This document shows, one piece after another, positions 1 through 7,369 of a DNA stretch of 64,000 bases. The stretch's first letter is position 1, and the number at the start of each line of letters is the position of its first letter. The position numbers were made by a program, and so were the translations under genes. The notes beneath the pieces were generated by a model that saw only the letters and a program-made list of their open reading frames with translations, searched no databases and had not been told where the DNA came from. Source of the DNA: Candidatus Nomurabacteria bacterium (GTDB lineage: Bacteria; Patescibacteriota; Minisyncoccia; Phycocordibacterales; UBA9973); contig CAWHSF010000003.1 in NCBI GenBank assembly GCA_963832025.1, positions 294,606 through 358,605 on the forward strand. Reading direction: 5' to 3'.

Positions 1-1
1 T

Positions 2-946
2 GGACACGCTGACTACATCAAGAACATGATTACCGGTGCCGCTCAAATGGACGGTGCTATCTTGGTGGTAGCTGCTACAGATGGAGCTATGCCACAGACC
101 CGTGAACACGTTTTGCTTGCAAAACAAGTGGGTGTTCCAAAGATTATTGTTTTCTTAAACAAGTGCGACATGGTTGATGACAAAGATATGATTGACCTCG
201 TCGAAGAAGAAATTCGCGAGCTTCTTACCAAGCAAGGTTTTGATGGCGCAGGCGCTCCGGTTATCCGTGGTTCTGCCCTTAAAGCTCTCGAAGCAAAATC
301 AGTTGATGACCCTTGGGCAGTAAAAGTTCTTGAACTCGTAAATGCTCTTGATACTTACATTCCTATTCCAGAACGAGATGTGAAGAAGCCTTTCCTCATG
401 CCAGTCGAAGACATCTTCTCAATTGAAGGACGAGGTACAGTTGTGACCGGTAAAATCGAAAGAGGAATGGTGAAAGTTGGCGAAGAAGTAGAAATTGTTG
501 GAATTAAGCCAACCCAAAAGACTACTGTTACTGGTATTGAAATGTTCAACAAAAATCTTCAAGAAGGTATGGCTGGCGACAATGCCGGTGTTCTCCTTCG
601 AGGTTTGAAAAAGGAAGACATTACTCGTGGACAAGTCTTGGCAAAGCCAGGAACCGTTACTCCGCACGACAACTTTACATGCGAAATTTACGTTTTGAAA
701 AAAGAGGAAGGCGGACGCCATACTCCATTCTTCAAAGGTTACAAGCCTCAGTTTTATATCCGCACTACGGATGTGACTGGCGATGTTACTTTGGCTGAAG
801 GAACCGAAATGGTTATGCCCGGAGATACAGTAAAGATTACCGTTAAGTTAGTGACCCCGGTCGCGCTGGAAGAAGCTCAGAGATTTGCTATCCGCGAAGG
901 AGGTAAGACTGTCGGTGCCGGAGTTGTCACCAAGATATTGGGATAA
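2..946 (+). CDS. tuf: elongation factor Tu, C-terminal ~315 aa (5' end outside window)
   Basis: Frame open from window edge; [28 protein letters not shown]...[15 protein letters not shown] matches EF-Tu domains I(C-term)-III. Confidence 0.95.
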   Translation, partial: GHADYIKNMITGAAQMDGAILVVAATDGAMPQTREHVLLAKQVGVPKIIVFLNKCDMVDDKDMIDLVEEEIRELLTKQGFDGAGAPVIRGSALKALEAKSVDDPWAVKVLELVNALDTYIPIPERDVKKPFLMPVEDIFSIEGRGTVVTGKIERGMVKVGEEVEIVGIKPTQKTTVTGIEMFNKNLQEGMAGDNAGVLLRGLKKEDITRGQVLAKPGTVTPHDNFTCEIYVLKKEEGGRHTPFFKGYKPQFYIRTTDVTGDVTLAEGTEMVMPGDTVKITVKLVTPVALEEAQRFAIREGGKTVGAGVVTKILG

Positions 947-1006
947 GCGAAACTGAATAGATGTCCGACGTTTCTAAATAAGTATATTGTTCATTAAAAT
1001 AAATCC

Positions 1007-1435
1007 ATGCCAACAACAGAAACAAAAATAAAAAAGCCAAAGGTGGCAAAAGCTGCCGCACCGAAAGTCGTTAAAGCGACAAAGCCGGCAAAAGTTTCTC
1101 CCAAAAAAGAGAAAAATACCGGTGAAAGCAAGGTGGTGCTTCGTATCCGAGTTCGTGCTTACGAGAGCAAGATCTTAGATGCTTCTGTTAAACAAATCAT
1201 GGATACCGCCACCCGTTACGACGCAAATATTGTCGGACCAGTACCTCTACCAACTGAAATAAAAAAATATACCGTCAATCGTTCCGCTTTTATTTACAAA
1301 AACACACGAGAACAATTTGAAATAAGAGTGCACAAGAGATTGATTGATATCATAAATCCAAACGCAAAGACCGTCGAGGCTCTGACTAATCTTTCGCTAC
1401 CTTCCGGGGTAGATATCGATGTTAAGATGATGTAA
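1007..1435 (+). CDS. rpsJ: 30S ribosomal protein S10 with ~40-aa Lys/Ala-rich N-terminal extension (alternative internal GTG start near 1133 possible)
   Basis: Core VLRIRVRAYESKILD...GPVPLPTEIKKYTVNRS...IRVHKRLIDI matches S10; operon position after tuf. Confidence 0.9.
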   Translation: MPTTETKIKKPKVAKAAAPKVVKATKPAKVSPKKEKNTGESKVVLRIRVRAYESKILDASVKQIMDTATRYDANIVGPVPLPTEIKKYTVNRSAFIYKNTREQFEIRVHKRLIDIINPNAKTVEALTNLSLPSGVDIDVKMM

Positions 1436-1452
1436 TTAATTAAATTTAGCTT

Positions 1453-2067
1453 ATGAAATTTTTACTGGGAACAAAAGAAAATATGGCAGAATATTTCCGA
1501 GAAGACGGAACGGTTGTTCCGGTGACGATTGTTTCTGTGCCTTCAGTTACCGTCACCAGAATTTTTGAAAAAGCCAAAGATGGTTATGATTCAGTGCAGG
1601 TTGGTTTTGGAACTCAAAAAAAAGAACGAGTGACCAAAGGTAGCGCTGGAGCCATGAAAGGTGCTTTTTATAAAACTTTAAAAGAATTTAGACTTAAACC
1701 GGCGGACAAGAATACAGCCAAAGAGGGGGATGTGATTGACGTTACTACATTTGCTTCCGGTGAAAAAATATCAGTTGCGAGTGTTTCTAAAGGAAAAGGT
1801 TTTCAAGGAGTAGTGAAGCGTCATGGTTTTCATGGCGGTCCACGCACACACGGACAAAAACATTCCGAACGAGAGCCCGGAAGTATCGGCGGAGGGTTGC
1901 GAACACACGTGCCAAAAGGCATGAGAATGGCCGGCCGAATGGGTTCAGATAGAATTTTTCAGAAAAATTTGGAAGTTGTTTTTGTCGATAAAGAAAACAG
2001 TTTGATGTTTATAAAAGGAGCAATTGCCGGCAAGCGCGGCACTTTGGTTGAAATAGTGCAGAGATAA
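1453..2067 (+). CDS. rplC: 50S ribosomal protein L3
   Basis: GTKENMAEYFREDGTVVPVTIV...GKGFQGVVKRHGFHGGPRTHGQ L3 signature; synteny. Confidence 0.95.
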   Translation: MKFLLGTKENMAEYFREDGTVVPVTIVSVPSVTVTRIFEKAKDGYDSVQVGFGTQKKERVTKGSAGAMKGAFYKTLKEFRLKPADKNTAKEGDVIDVTTFASGEKISVASVSKGKGFQGVVKRHGFHGGPRTHGQKHSEREPGSIGGGLRTHVPKGMRMAGRMGSDRIFQKNLEVVFVDKENSLMFIKGAIAGKRGTLVEIVQR

Positions 2068-2098
2068 TACTTCGATAAACTCAGTATAAATAAATTAT

Positions 2099-2758
2099 AT
2101 GGATGCAAAGATATACAATCAAAAAGGAACGGAAGCAGGAAGCATAGCTCTCCCAGAAAAAGTTTTTAGCGCAAAATGGCGCGCAGACTTGGTGCACCAA
2201 GTGGTGGAAGGGATGAAGAGCAATAAACGTGCTGGCACAGCGGATACCAAAGACCGTGGAGAAGTTCGTGGCGGTGGTAAAAAACCTTGGAAACAAAAAG
2301 GAACCGGACGCGCTCGTCATGGCTCTACTCGCAGTCCCATTTGGGTCGGCGGAGGAGTCACTCATGGTCCACTTTCCGACAAAAATTATAAGAGAAAAGT
2401 TTCAAAGAAAATGCGTGCGCAAGCTCTCTTTTCTGTTCTTTCTAAAAAACTGAAAGATAAAGAGATAATTTTCGTTGATAGTTTGACTATGTCCGACATC
2501 AAAACAAAACGAGCAGTGGATGTGATGAAAAATTTGGCTAAAGCTTCCGGAATGAAAACTTTGGCATCCTCAAAAAAGCCGAGAGTTCTGACGGCTTTAT
2601 TTGAGAGAGATGCAAAAACCGAAAAAAGTTTCAGAAATATTCCTGCGCTAGAGATGGTTTTCTTGAAAAATTTAAATCCGATGGATGTACTTAATTATAA
2701 ATATCTTTTGATAGAAAATCCGGTCGAAAGTGTAAAATTTTTAGAATCACGCGGATAG
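2099..2758 (+). CDS. rplD: 50S ribosomal protein L4
   Basis: RAGTADTKDRGEVRGGGKKPWKQKGTGRARHGSTRSPIWVGGGVTHGP L4 motif. Confidence 0.95.
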   Translation: MDAKIYNQKGTEAGSIALPEKVFSAKWRADLVHQVVEGMKSNKRAGTADTKDRGEVRGGGKKPWKQKGTGRARHGSTRSPIWVGGGVTHGPLSDKNYKRKVSKKMRAQALFSVLSKKLKDKEIIFVDSLTMSDIKTKRAVDVMKNLAKASGMKTLASSKKPRVLTALFERDAKTEKSFRNIPALEMVFLKNLNPMDVLNYKYLLIENPVESVKFLESRG

Positions 2759-2796
2759 ACGTTGTACGCCCGTAGCAACGGATGTCCAACGTCTGG
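2757..2796. repeat. palindromic repeat family A, degenerate copy A1
   Basis: AGACGTTGtacgcccgtagcaacGGATGTCCAACGTCTGG. Confidence 0.5.
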
Positions 2797-2805
2797 AATA
2801 AAACC

Positions 2806-3075
2806 ATGAGCTCAATCATCAAAAACCCAAGAGTTACCGAAAAGGCTTCATTTGCCGCCGAACAAAATGTTTACACTTTTGATATTTCGCAATCTGCAAA
2901 CAAAAGAGAAATCAAAAAAGCTGTCTTTACTCTTTATAAAGTGCATCCAGTAAAAGTAAATGTTATGACTATTCCAAGAAAGAAAACAATGTCCCAGGGA
3001 AAGAAGGGCATGCGTGGTGGAGGAAGAAAAGCTTTTGTATATTTAAAAAAGGGAGATAAAATAGAATTTATATAA
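2806..3075 (+). CDS. rplW: 50S ribosomal protein L23 (upstream ATG at 2782 lies inside palindromic repeat, so 2806 preferred)
   Basis: SSIIKNPRVTEKASFAAEQNVYTFDISQSANKREIKKAVFTLYKV L23 signature. Confidence 0.88.
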   Translation: MSSIIKNPRVTEKASFAAEQNVYTFDISQSANKREIKKAVFTLYKVHPVKVNVMTIPRKKTMSQGKKGMRGGGRKAFVYLKKGDKIEFI

Positions 3076-3914
3076 TGAAAACATACAAACCGACAAGCAA
3101 ATCAAGAAGGCAAATGACCAATGTGAGCTACAGGGGAGTTTTGAGCAATACCACACCCACCAAATCCCTGACCCATGGTTTTAAAAGAAACGTCGGTCGC
3201 AACAGCCAAGGACGTATCACCATGCGCCACAAGGGAGCCGGACACAAGCGCTTGTATCGAGACGTCGATTTTATTTACAATAAAAAAAACATTCCTGCAA
3301 AAATAGTTTCTGTAGAATACGACCCAAATCGTTCCGCATTTATCGGTCTGGCAGTTTACAAAGACGGAGAAAAAAGATACGTCGTATTGCCGAAATCAGT
3401 CAAACCAGGCGATTCTTTTGTCGTTTCCGAAAAAGCCGAACTAAAACCGGGCAACAGACTCCCTTTGCAATTTATTCCGGTCGGAACTTTTGTTTACAAT
3501 GTTGAAATCAAACCGATGGGTGGCGCAAAGATCGGACGCTCTGCAGGAATTTTCGCCCAAGTTGTCGCAAACGCCGACGGATATACAAATATTAAAATGC
3601 CTTCTACGGAAATTCGCAAAATAAACGAAAAGTGCTGGGCTTGCGTCGGAACTGTTTCCAACGAGGAACATCACTTGGAGAATTATGGCAAGGCAGGACG
3701 CAGTCGCTGGAAAGGAATTCGTCCGACAGTTCGCGGAACAGCTATGAACCCAGTAGACCATCCATACGGCGGAGGTGAAGGACGCCAAGGGCGCGGAACC
3801 AAAAGACCAAAGACTATGTGGGGTAAAGTTACCGGCGGACGTAAAACCCGCGGACCAAAGAAATACTCGAACGTCTTTATTGTTTCTCGCCGAAAAACAG
3901 GAAAGAATAAATAG
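3075..3914 (+). CDS. rplB: 50S ribosomal protein L2
   Basis: GRNSQGRITMRHKGAGHKRLYR...GTAMNPVDHPYGGGEGRQ L2 signature. Confidence 0.95.
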   Translation: MKTYKPTSKSRRQMTNVSYRGVLSNTTPTKSLTHGFKRNVGRNSQGRITMRHKGAGHKRLYRDVDFIYNKKNIPAKIVSVEYDPNRSAFIGLAVYKDGEKRYVVLPKSVKPGDSFVVSEKAELKPGNRLPLQFIPVGTFVYNVEIKPMGGAKIGRSAGIFAQVVANADGYTNIKMPSTEIRKINEKCWACVGTVSNEEHHLENYGKAGRSRWKGIRPTVRGTAMNPVDHPYGGGEGRQGRGTKRPKTMWGKVTGGRKTRGPKKYSNVFIVSRRKTGKNK

Positions 3915-3955
3915 TTCGACGAACTCACTACAAGTAAAAAATAATAATACTTAAA

Positions 3956-4012
3956 ATTGGGACGTCGGACACCTGCTTTAGCAGATGTCCGACGTCTGGA
4001 GGTTTATGCACT
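3956..4012. repeat. palindromic repeat family A, copy A2 (island left border)
   Basis: GACGTCGGACACCTGCTTTAGCAGATGTCCGACGTCTGGAGGTTTATGCAC. Confidence 0.8.
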
Positions 4013-4098
4013 TGTGTAATTTTGCATAAATGTTATAAATGCATTCATATAGTTCTATTCATTCTGGCTTCATAATCCACTCAGAGGAGTGTTACACC

Positions 4099-4290
4099 TT
4101 GAAAGAAAGTGCCACAGTACTTCGCAACAACAACCAAAAGGCGGCCGTTGCGGCCAAGGTGTTTAAGGGGGGCGTTCAAAAACCCCAAAGACAAGATGTT
4201 GCTGCTGACATTCGTCGGCAGTGGGGCAAACCGAGTCACAGCAAAAGTCGCAACTGGCGTTGGGGAGTGGCGCTGGCTGGCATTGCATAA
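4099..4290 (+). CDS. hypothetical small basic protein (~63 aa, TTG start after GAGGAG RBS); first cassette of S10-operon island
   Basis: RBS gaggag 8 nt upstream of TTG; preceded by TTGCAT-17-nt-TATAAA promoter-like unit; followed by hairpins 4296-4360. Confidence 0.25.
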   Translation: MKESATVLRNNNQKAAVAAKVFKGGVQKPQRQDVAADIRRQWGKPSHSKSRNWRWGVALAGIA

Positions 4291-4451
4291 ATAAAGACAG
4301 CCGGAGCTGTCTAAAGAAAGGAGGGAAGGGCGTCGGGATTAACTCGGCGCCCTCTTTACATTTACTTGCATTGTCATAAATAAATGTTATAAATAAAAAC
4401 GAATTCGTAATTAGTGAGCTACGGATAGTAGCTCGCTTTGGGAGAGAAGAA

Positions 4452-4649
4452 ATGGCCAACAGAGGTTCAGCAGTTTTACCGCATCGTAAGCAAGTGAAAA
4501 CCACCATGACAACCTTGCCCCGGCAAACACAGGAACCAGATGTTGTGGAAGAGATCATCGGTCGAGTTTTTCACGGCGGACACAAGCCACAACTTTATCC
4601 ACCCAATCCACGACAACAGCAAGCAGCCGAAGAATCTGCAGAAGAGTAG
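4452..4649 (+). CDS. hypothetical 65-aa protein (second island cassette)
   Basis: ATG preceded by GGGAGAG RBS, own promoter-like TTGCAT..TATAAAT at ~4368-4398, strong terminator 4663-4715. Confidence 0.35.
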   Translation: MANRGSAVLPHRKQVKTTMTTLPRQTQEPDVVEEIIGRVFHGGHKPQLYPPNPRQQQAAEESAEE

Positions 4650-4662
4650 ATCGAATTTCAAC

Positions 4663-4715
4663 GGGCGGGGAGTCGATGTTTCGACACCCCGCCCGCATTT
4701 GCGTTTACTCGATTT
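4663..4715 (+). terminator. intrinsic terminator after 65-aa ORF
   Basis: GGGCGGGGagtcgatgtttcgacaCCCCGCCC + T-rich tail. Confidence 0.6.
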
Positions 4716-4728
4716 TAATATTTTATTT

Positions 4729-4780
4729 CCAGACGTTGGACATCTGCTAAAGCAGGTGTCCAACGTCAGTCCAACGTCTC
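4729..4780. repeat. palindromic repeat family A, copy A3
   Basis: CCAGACGTTGGACATCTGCTAAAGCAGGTGTCCAACGTCagtCCAACGTCTC. Confidence 0.8.
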
Positions 4781-4929
4781 TTCACTTTTGTATTCTTGTG
4801 TTATATTTTTTGTATGGTATAAATATAAGTAGAACTAGTTCCTGCCGCCTAGCAGGGAGGCGGTACAACCTCAAAGCAAAAAAAACAAAGTGGATGCGTA
4901 AGCACACGTAAGCCATTGAGGGTCAGGTA

Positions 4930-5109
4930 ATGCAGAAAGAAGTAAACAAAAAAGCTGATTTGTCTACGACGCCTGTCGTCAAGGTTTCCAGTAGCATCGA
5001 ACCGGTTGGAGCAGCAGAAGCAGCAGGGACATACTGCATCGTGTTCGCTCCGCCGGAAAACCGGAAACCGCGGAACTTGATCGTGTACGACAATCGAGGC
5101 CACTACTAA
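4930..5109 (+). CDS. hypothetical 59-aa peptide MQKEVNKKADLSTTPVVKVSSSIEPVGAAEAAGTYCIVFAPPENRKPRNLIVYDNRGHY (below ORF-track cutoff)
   Basis: GAGGG RBS 8 nt upstream of ATG; upstream promoter-like TGgTATAAAT ~4803-4815 and 5'UTR hairpin; intrinsic terminator 5120-5176 immediately downstream. Confidence 0.45.
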   Translation: MQKEVNKKADLSTTPVVKVSSSIEPVGAAEAAGTYCIVFAPPENRKPRNLIVYDNRGHY

Positions 5110-5119
5110 AGTGGCCACA

Positions 5120-5176
5120 GGGGTTCATCGGCAAGCCAGCTGATGAACCCCACCGTTATTTTTACCCGATTTTTTA
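5120..5176 (+). terminator. intrinsic terminator after 59-aa peptide gene
   Basis: GGGGTTCATCggcaagccagctGATGAACCCC + TTATTTTTaccCGATTTTTT. Confidence 0.65.
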
Positions 5177-5195
5177 TAATTTTAAATTGCGAAAC

Positions 5196-5223
5196 TTGCT
5201 TTTATTTTAAAGTATGTTATACT
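5196..5223 (+). promoter_or_regulatory. sigma70-like promoter TTGCTT-16-TATACT driving candidate sRNA
   Basis: -35 5196-5201, -10 5218-5223. Confidence 0.4.
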
Positions 5224-5229
5224 TTATGG

Positions 5230-5420
5230 TAGATAGCTCCTCCGTGCTTTTTGTGGAGGCCTGTCTCCTGGCAATTCGTGAGTGGCTCCTCCACTCCTCA
5301 GGAGTTGAGCGCTTTGGCAACACTCTGCGGATGCTAGGTTGTAACATTGCTCCATTTTTCTATTCTCCTTGGGTCTGAATTCGGGTTTTGCCTCCCGTAA
5401 TATCAGACCCTATTTTTTTT
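5230..5420 (+). ncRNA. candidate ~190-nt structured sRNA of unknown family inside S10-operon island
   Basis: No ORF; own promoter; multiple nested hairpins (CCTCC/GGAGG, GAGTGG-ctcct-CCACTC, CCTG..CAGG); ends in GGGTCTGA...TCAGACCC stem plus T8 terminator 5371-5420. Confidence 0.4.
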
Positions 5421-5433
5421 ACCTAATTTTTAC

Positions 5434-5511
5434 TTGACCCGGTAGTAGAACTTTGCGATATGTAAAATTTGCATCAAAGATGCGTCGCAAAGTCTCACTA
5501 CTGGGTTGACT
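5434..5511. repeat. repeat family C copy C1 (long hairpin TTGACCCGGTAGTAG...CTACTGGGTTGAC; 3' end = -35 box)
   Basis: ttgacccggtagtagaactttgcgatatgtaaaatttgcatcaaagatgcgtcgcaaagtctcactactgggttgact. Confidence 0.8.
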
Positions 5512-5533
5512 TTTCAATACTTTGTGCTATGAT
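5506..5533 (+). promoter_or_regulatory. promoter TTGACT-16-TATGAT; -35 box contributed by 3' end of repeat C1
   Basis: -35 5506-5511, -10 5528-5533, followed by GGAG RBS and ATG 5556. Confidence 0.5.
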
Positions 5534-5555
5534 ATTAGAGAAGGAGATTTGCACC

Positions 5556-5792
5556 ATGTCGACCCAAGCAACAAAGGAGCGGGTTGGCCCGTTCCTCTTA
5601 ATCGGTTCCCTGTTTGCGGTGCCGATAGGTCTAGCGTTCTTTTACGAGGGTTTCAAAATCCAGGGAGACACATTACTGTCCCCGTCAAAGCTGACATGCT
5701 TTGTAGCTGGCGGGCTAATGGCTCTCTTCGGCATCATCTTTTGCTGGAGACACAACAACGACGGGAGGTTGGACAATGAAAGGTGGCGCTAG
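5556..5792 (+). CDS. small 2-TM membrane protein (78 aa), paralog of following ORFs
   Basis: GGAG RBS; two hydrophobic helices; internal similarity CFVAGGLMALFGIIFCW ~ FWVPGSLLALVGGIYLLY in next ORF. Confidence 0.5.
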   Translation: MSTQATKERVGPFLLIGSLFAVPIGLAFFYEGFKIQGDTLLSPSKLTCFVAGGLMALFGIIFCWRHNNDGRLDNERWR

Positions 5793-5976
5793 GAGGGGTA
5801 CTAGTTTCAACGTGGGTGCTGCAGTTGCGGCGGTGGCGCTCGCGATGGTAGTTTTCATCCACGACGATGCCGCCAAAAGCGCCCCTGACTTTATCGTCAG
5901 ATTTTGGGTGCCTGGTAGCCTCCTAGCTCTTGTGGGAGGAATCTACCTGCTCTACCGCCTCATCGTTCACAAGTGA
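5776..5976 (+). CDS. small 2-TM membrane protein (66 aa), overlaps previous ORF, paralogous
   Basis: RBS-like aggagg; hydrophobic; terminator 5990-6036 downstream. Confidence 0.45.
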   Translation: MKGGARRGTSFNVGAAVAAVALAMVVFIHDDAAKSAPDFIVRFWVPGSLLALVGGIYLLYRLIVHK

Positions 5977-5989
5977 TCGTTTTCACAGA

Positions 5990-6036
5990 CCGGTACCTGC
6001 GCAAAGACGCGGGGCCGGTTTTCGCTTTTTATTTAA
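5990..6036 (+). terminator. intrinsic terminator (repeat D copy 1)
   Basis: accggtacctgcgcaaagacgcggggccggttttcgctttttattt. Confidence 0.55.
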
Positions 6037-6039
6037 TTT

Positions 6040-6067
6040 GACTTTCTTGGATTTTATGCTATGATCT
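6040..6067 (+). promoter_or_regulatory. promoter TTGACT-16-TATGAT (near-copy of 5506 promoter incl. gaggagat RBS)
   Basis: -35 6040-6045, -10 6062-6067. Confidence 0.5.
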
Positions 6068-6083
6068 TCTTGAGGAGATCTTT

Positions 6084-6551
6084 ATGACAACAACAAGGTT
6101 CGGAGGTTCTCTCTGCATCGGTAGAGAGGAACTTGTAATAGCTGCGGTGTTTGTTACCATGGGCTTGGCCTGCCGTGTATCGACAAAAAGCAGTCGTGAA
6201 GCTGCCACAATGGTAATTGTGGTGGGGGTAGTCGCATTGTTAGCCTTACTATGGCAGGGGGTGAGAAAGGCCATTTCCTCCATTCTTCTCCCAACGTGGC
6301 GTGTGGTACCCAGGTTCGCAATCGCTTCGTGGAAGTTTGCGAGGAAGGGTCCGCGATACTGGATTCAGATTGCGGCGGTTGGGCTAATCTTCATCGGGGC
6401 TTTTGTCCTTGTGAGGTTGGATTTCAGCAAAGGAACGTCACTGGCGACGCTCCTTTCTCAAGTGTTAGCGAGCTTCTCTATACTTATTGGAGCGGGTTCG
6501 TACGTTTATTGTATAGGAGTGTTCAAGTTTCCAAACAGGTCCCAAGAGTAA
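6084..6551 (+). CDS. 4-TM membrane protein (155 aa), looks like tandem fusion of the 2-TM unit
   Basis: gaggagatctttATG RBS; 4 hydrophobic helices; terminator 6570-6617 is a copy of the 5990-6036 terminator. Confidence 0.55.
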   Translation: MTTTRFGGSLCIGREELVIAAVFVTMGLACRVSTKSSREAATMVIVVGVVALLALLWQGVRKAISSILLPTWRVVPRFAIASWKFARKGPRYWIQIAAVGLIFIGAFVLVRLDFSKGTSLATLLSQVLASFSILIGAGSYVYCIGVFKFPNRSQE

Positions 6552-6569
6552 ATCGTTTCGTTTCAATTC

Positions 6570-6617
6570 GACCGGCACCCGCGCAAAGACGTGGGGCCGG
6601 TCTTCGCTTTTTATTTT
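6570..6617 (+). terminator. intrinsic terminator (repeat D copy 2)
   Basis: accggcacccgcgcaaagacgtggggccggtcttcgctttttatttt, ~90% identical to 5990-6036. Confidence 0.55.
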
Positions 6618-6736
6618 GAATATGCTATGTTTCTCAGTAGGATAGTTCTTTTGGAGAGCGGTCTCCTGACAGGAACTATCTCGTGTGATAACGGGCTCTA
6701 AGCGTTTAAGCGCGTCCGTTACCACACATTCCGCAA

Positions 6737-6780
6737 CCGGGAGCCAGCTGCTTTTGGCAGGCTCCCGGTCTTTTTATTTT
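6737..6780 (+). terminator. intrinsic terminator closing the island
   Basis: ccgggagccagctgcttttggcaggctcccgg + T-run. Confidence 0.6.
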
Positions 6781-6839
6781 ACGTGAAAAAATGGTTTTTT
6801 TATTTCAGCTTTTCGGAATAAGGGCAATATAAAATCTAG

Positions 6840-6868
6840 TTGACAATTTTTCCTTATTTGCTACTATG
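6840..6868 (+). promoter_or_regulatory. internal promoter TTGACA-17-TACTAT re-initiating the r-protein operon at rpsS
   Basis: -35 6840-6845, -10 6863-6868, 28 nt upstream of rpsS ATG. Confidence 0.5.
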
Positions 6869-6896
6869 AAACCAAGCTCGTAGCGAGCTTTTTATT

Positions 6897-7247
6897 ATGA
6901 CTCGAAGTATCAAAAAAGGATTAAATGTCGACGAAAAACTTCTCTCAAAGATTGTGGGCAAAAACCCGCTCGAGACACCAATGGTAAAAACTTGGAAAAG
7001 AGCCTGCGTCATTTCTCCGGAGATGCTGGGTTTTACTTTTGGTGTGCATAATGGCAAAACCCATGTGGAAGTTTTGGTGACCGAAGATATGGTCGGGCAC
7101 AGACTCGGAGAATTTTCCCCAACCAAGAAATTTATTAAACACGGAGGAAAGATGCAGAAAGAGCTTGAACAGAAGAAAAAAGAAGCGGAGATTACTGCTG
7201 CCAAAGGTGCGACAGCGGCTGCCGAAGATGCTAAGGGTAAAAAGTAG
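6897..7247 (+). CDS. rpsS: 30S ribosomal protein S19 with ~25-aa Lys/Glu/Ala-rich C-terminal extension
   Basis: RSIKKGLNVDEKLL...HNGKTHVEVLVTEDMVGHRLGEFSPTKKF S19 signature. Confidence 0.93.
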   Translation: MTRSIKKGLNVDEKLLSKIVGKNPLETPMVKTWKRACVISPEMLGFTFGVHNGKTHVEVLVTEDMVGHRLGEFSPTKKFIKHGGKMQKELEQKKKEAEITAAKGATAAAEDAKGKK

Positions 7248-7369
7248 AAATGAATCCCGTACGAAATCGCGGACGCATAAAATAAACAAAAATATGAAAA
7301 AGATAAAATATATTATAAATAACAAAAAGGACAACGAAGCGTAAGCGTACGCGTCCTATTTCGTACGGG
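7246..7369. repeat. repeat family B copy B1 (~120 bp: GC-rich palindromic ends around A/T-rich core), ends exactly at rplV ATG
   Basis: CCCGTACGAAATCGCGGACGCATAAAATAAA...AAAAGGACAACGAaGCGTAAGCGTACGCGTCCTATTTCGTACGGG. Confidence 0.85.

Noticed and set aside
4039-4294. ATG-initiated 83-aa ORF and overlapping 61-aa ORF
   Set aside because: The ATG at 4039 lies inside the promoter-like TTGCAT..TATAAA element. A TTG start at 4099 with a GAGGAG RBS is more plausible. Even that call is kept at low confidence.
6945-7334. 129-aa minus-strand ORF (MSFLLFIIYF...) and its look-alike 10935-11291
   Set aside because: Both begin inside copies of the family-B DNA repeat and then run antisense to rpsS/rpsN. 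The shared peptide is a translation artefact of the repeat, not a gene family.
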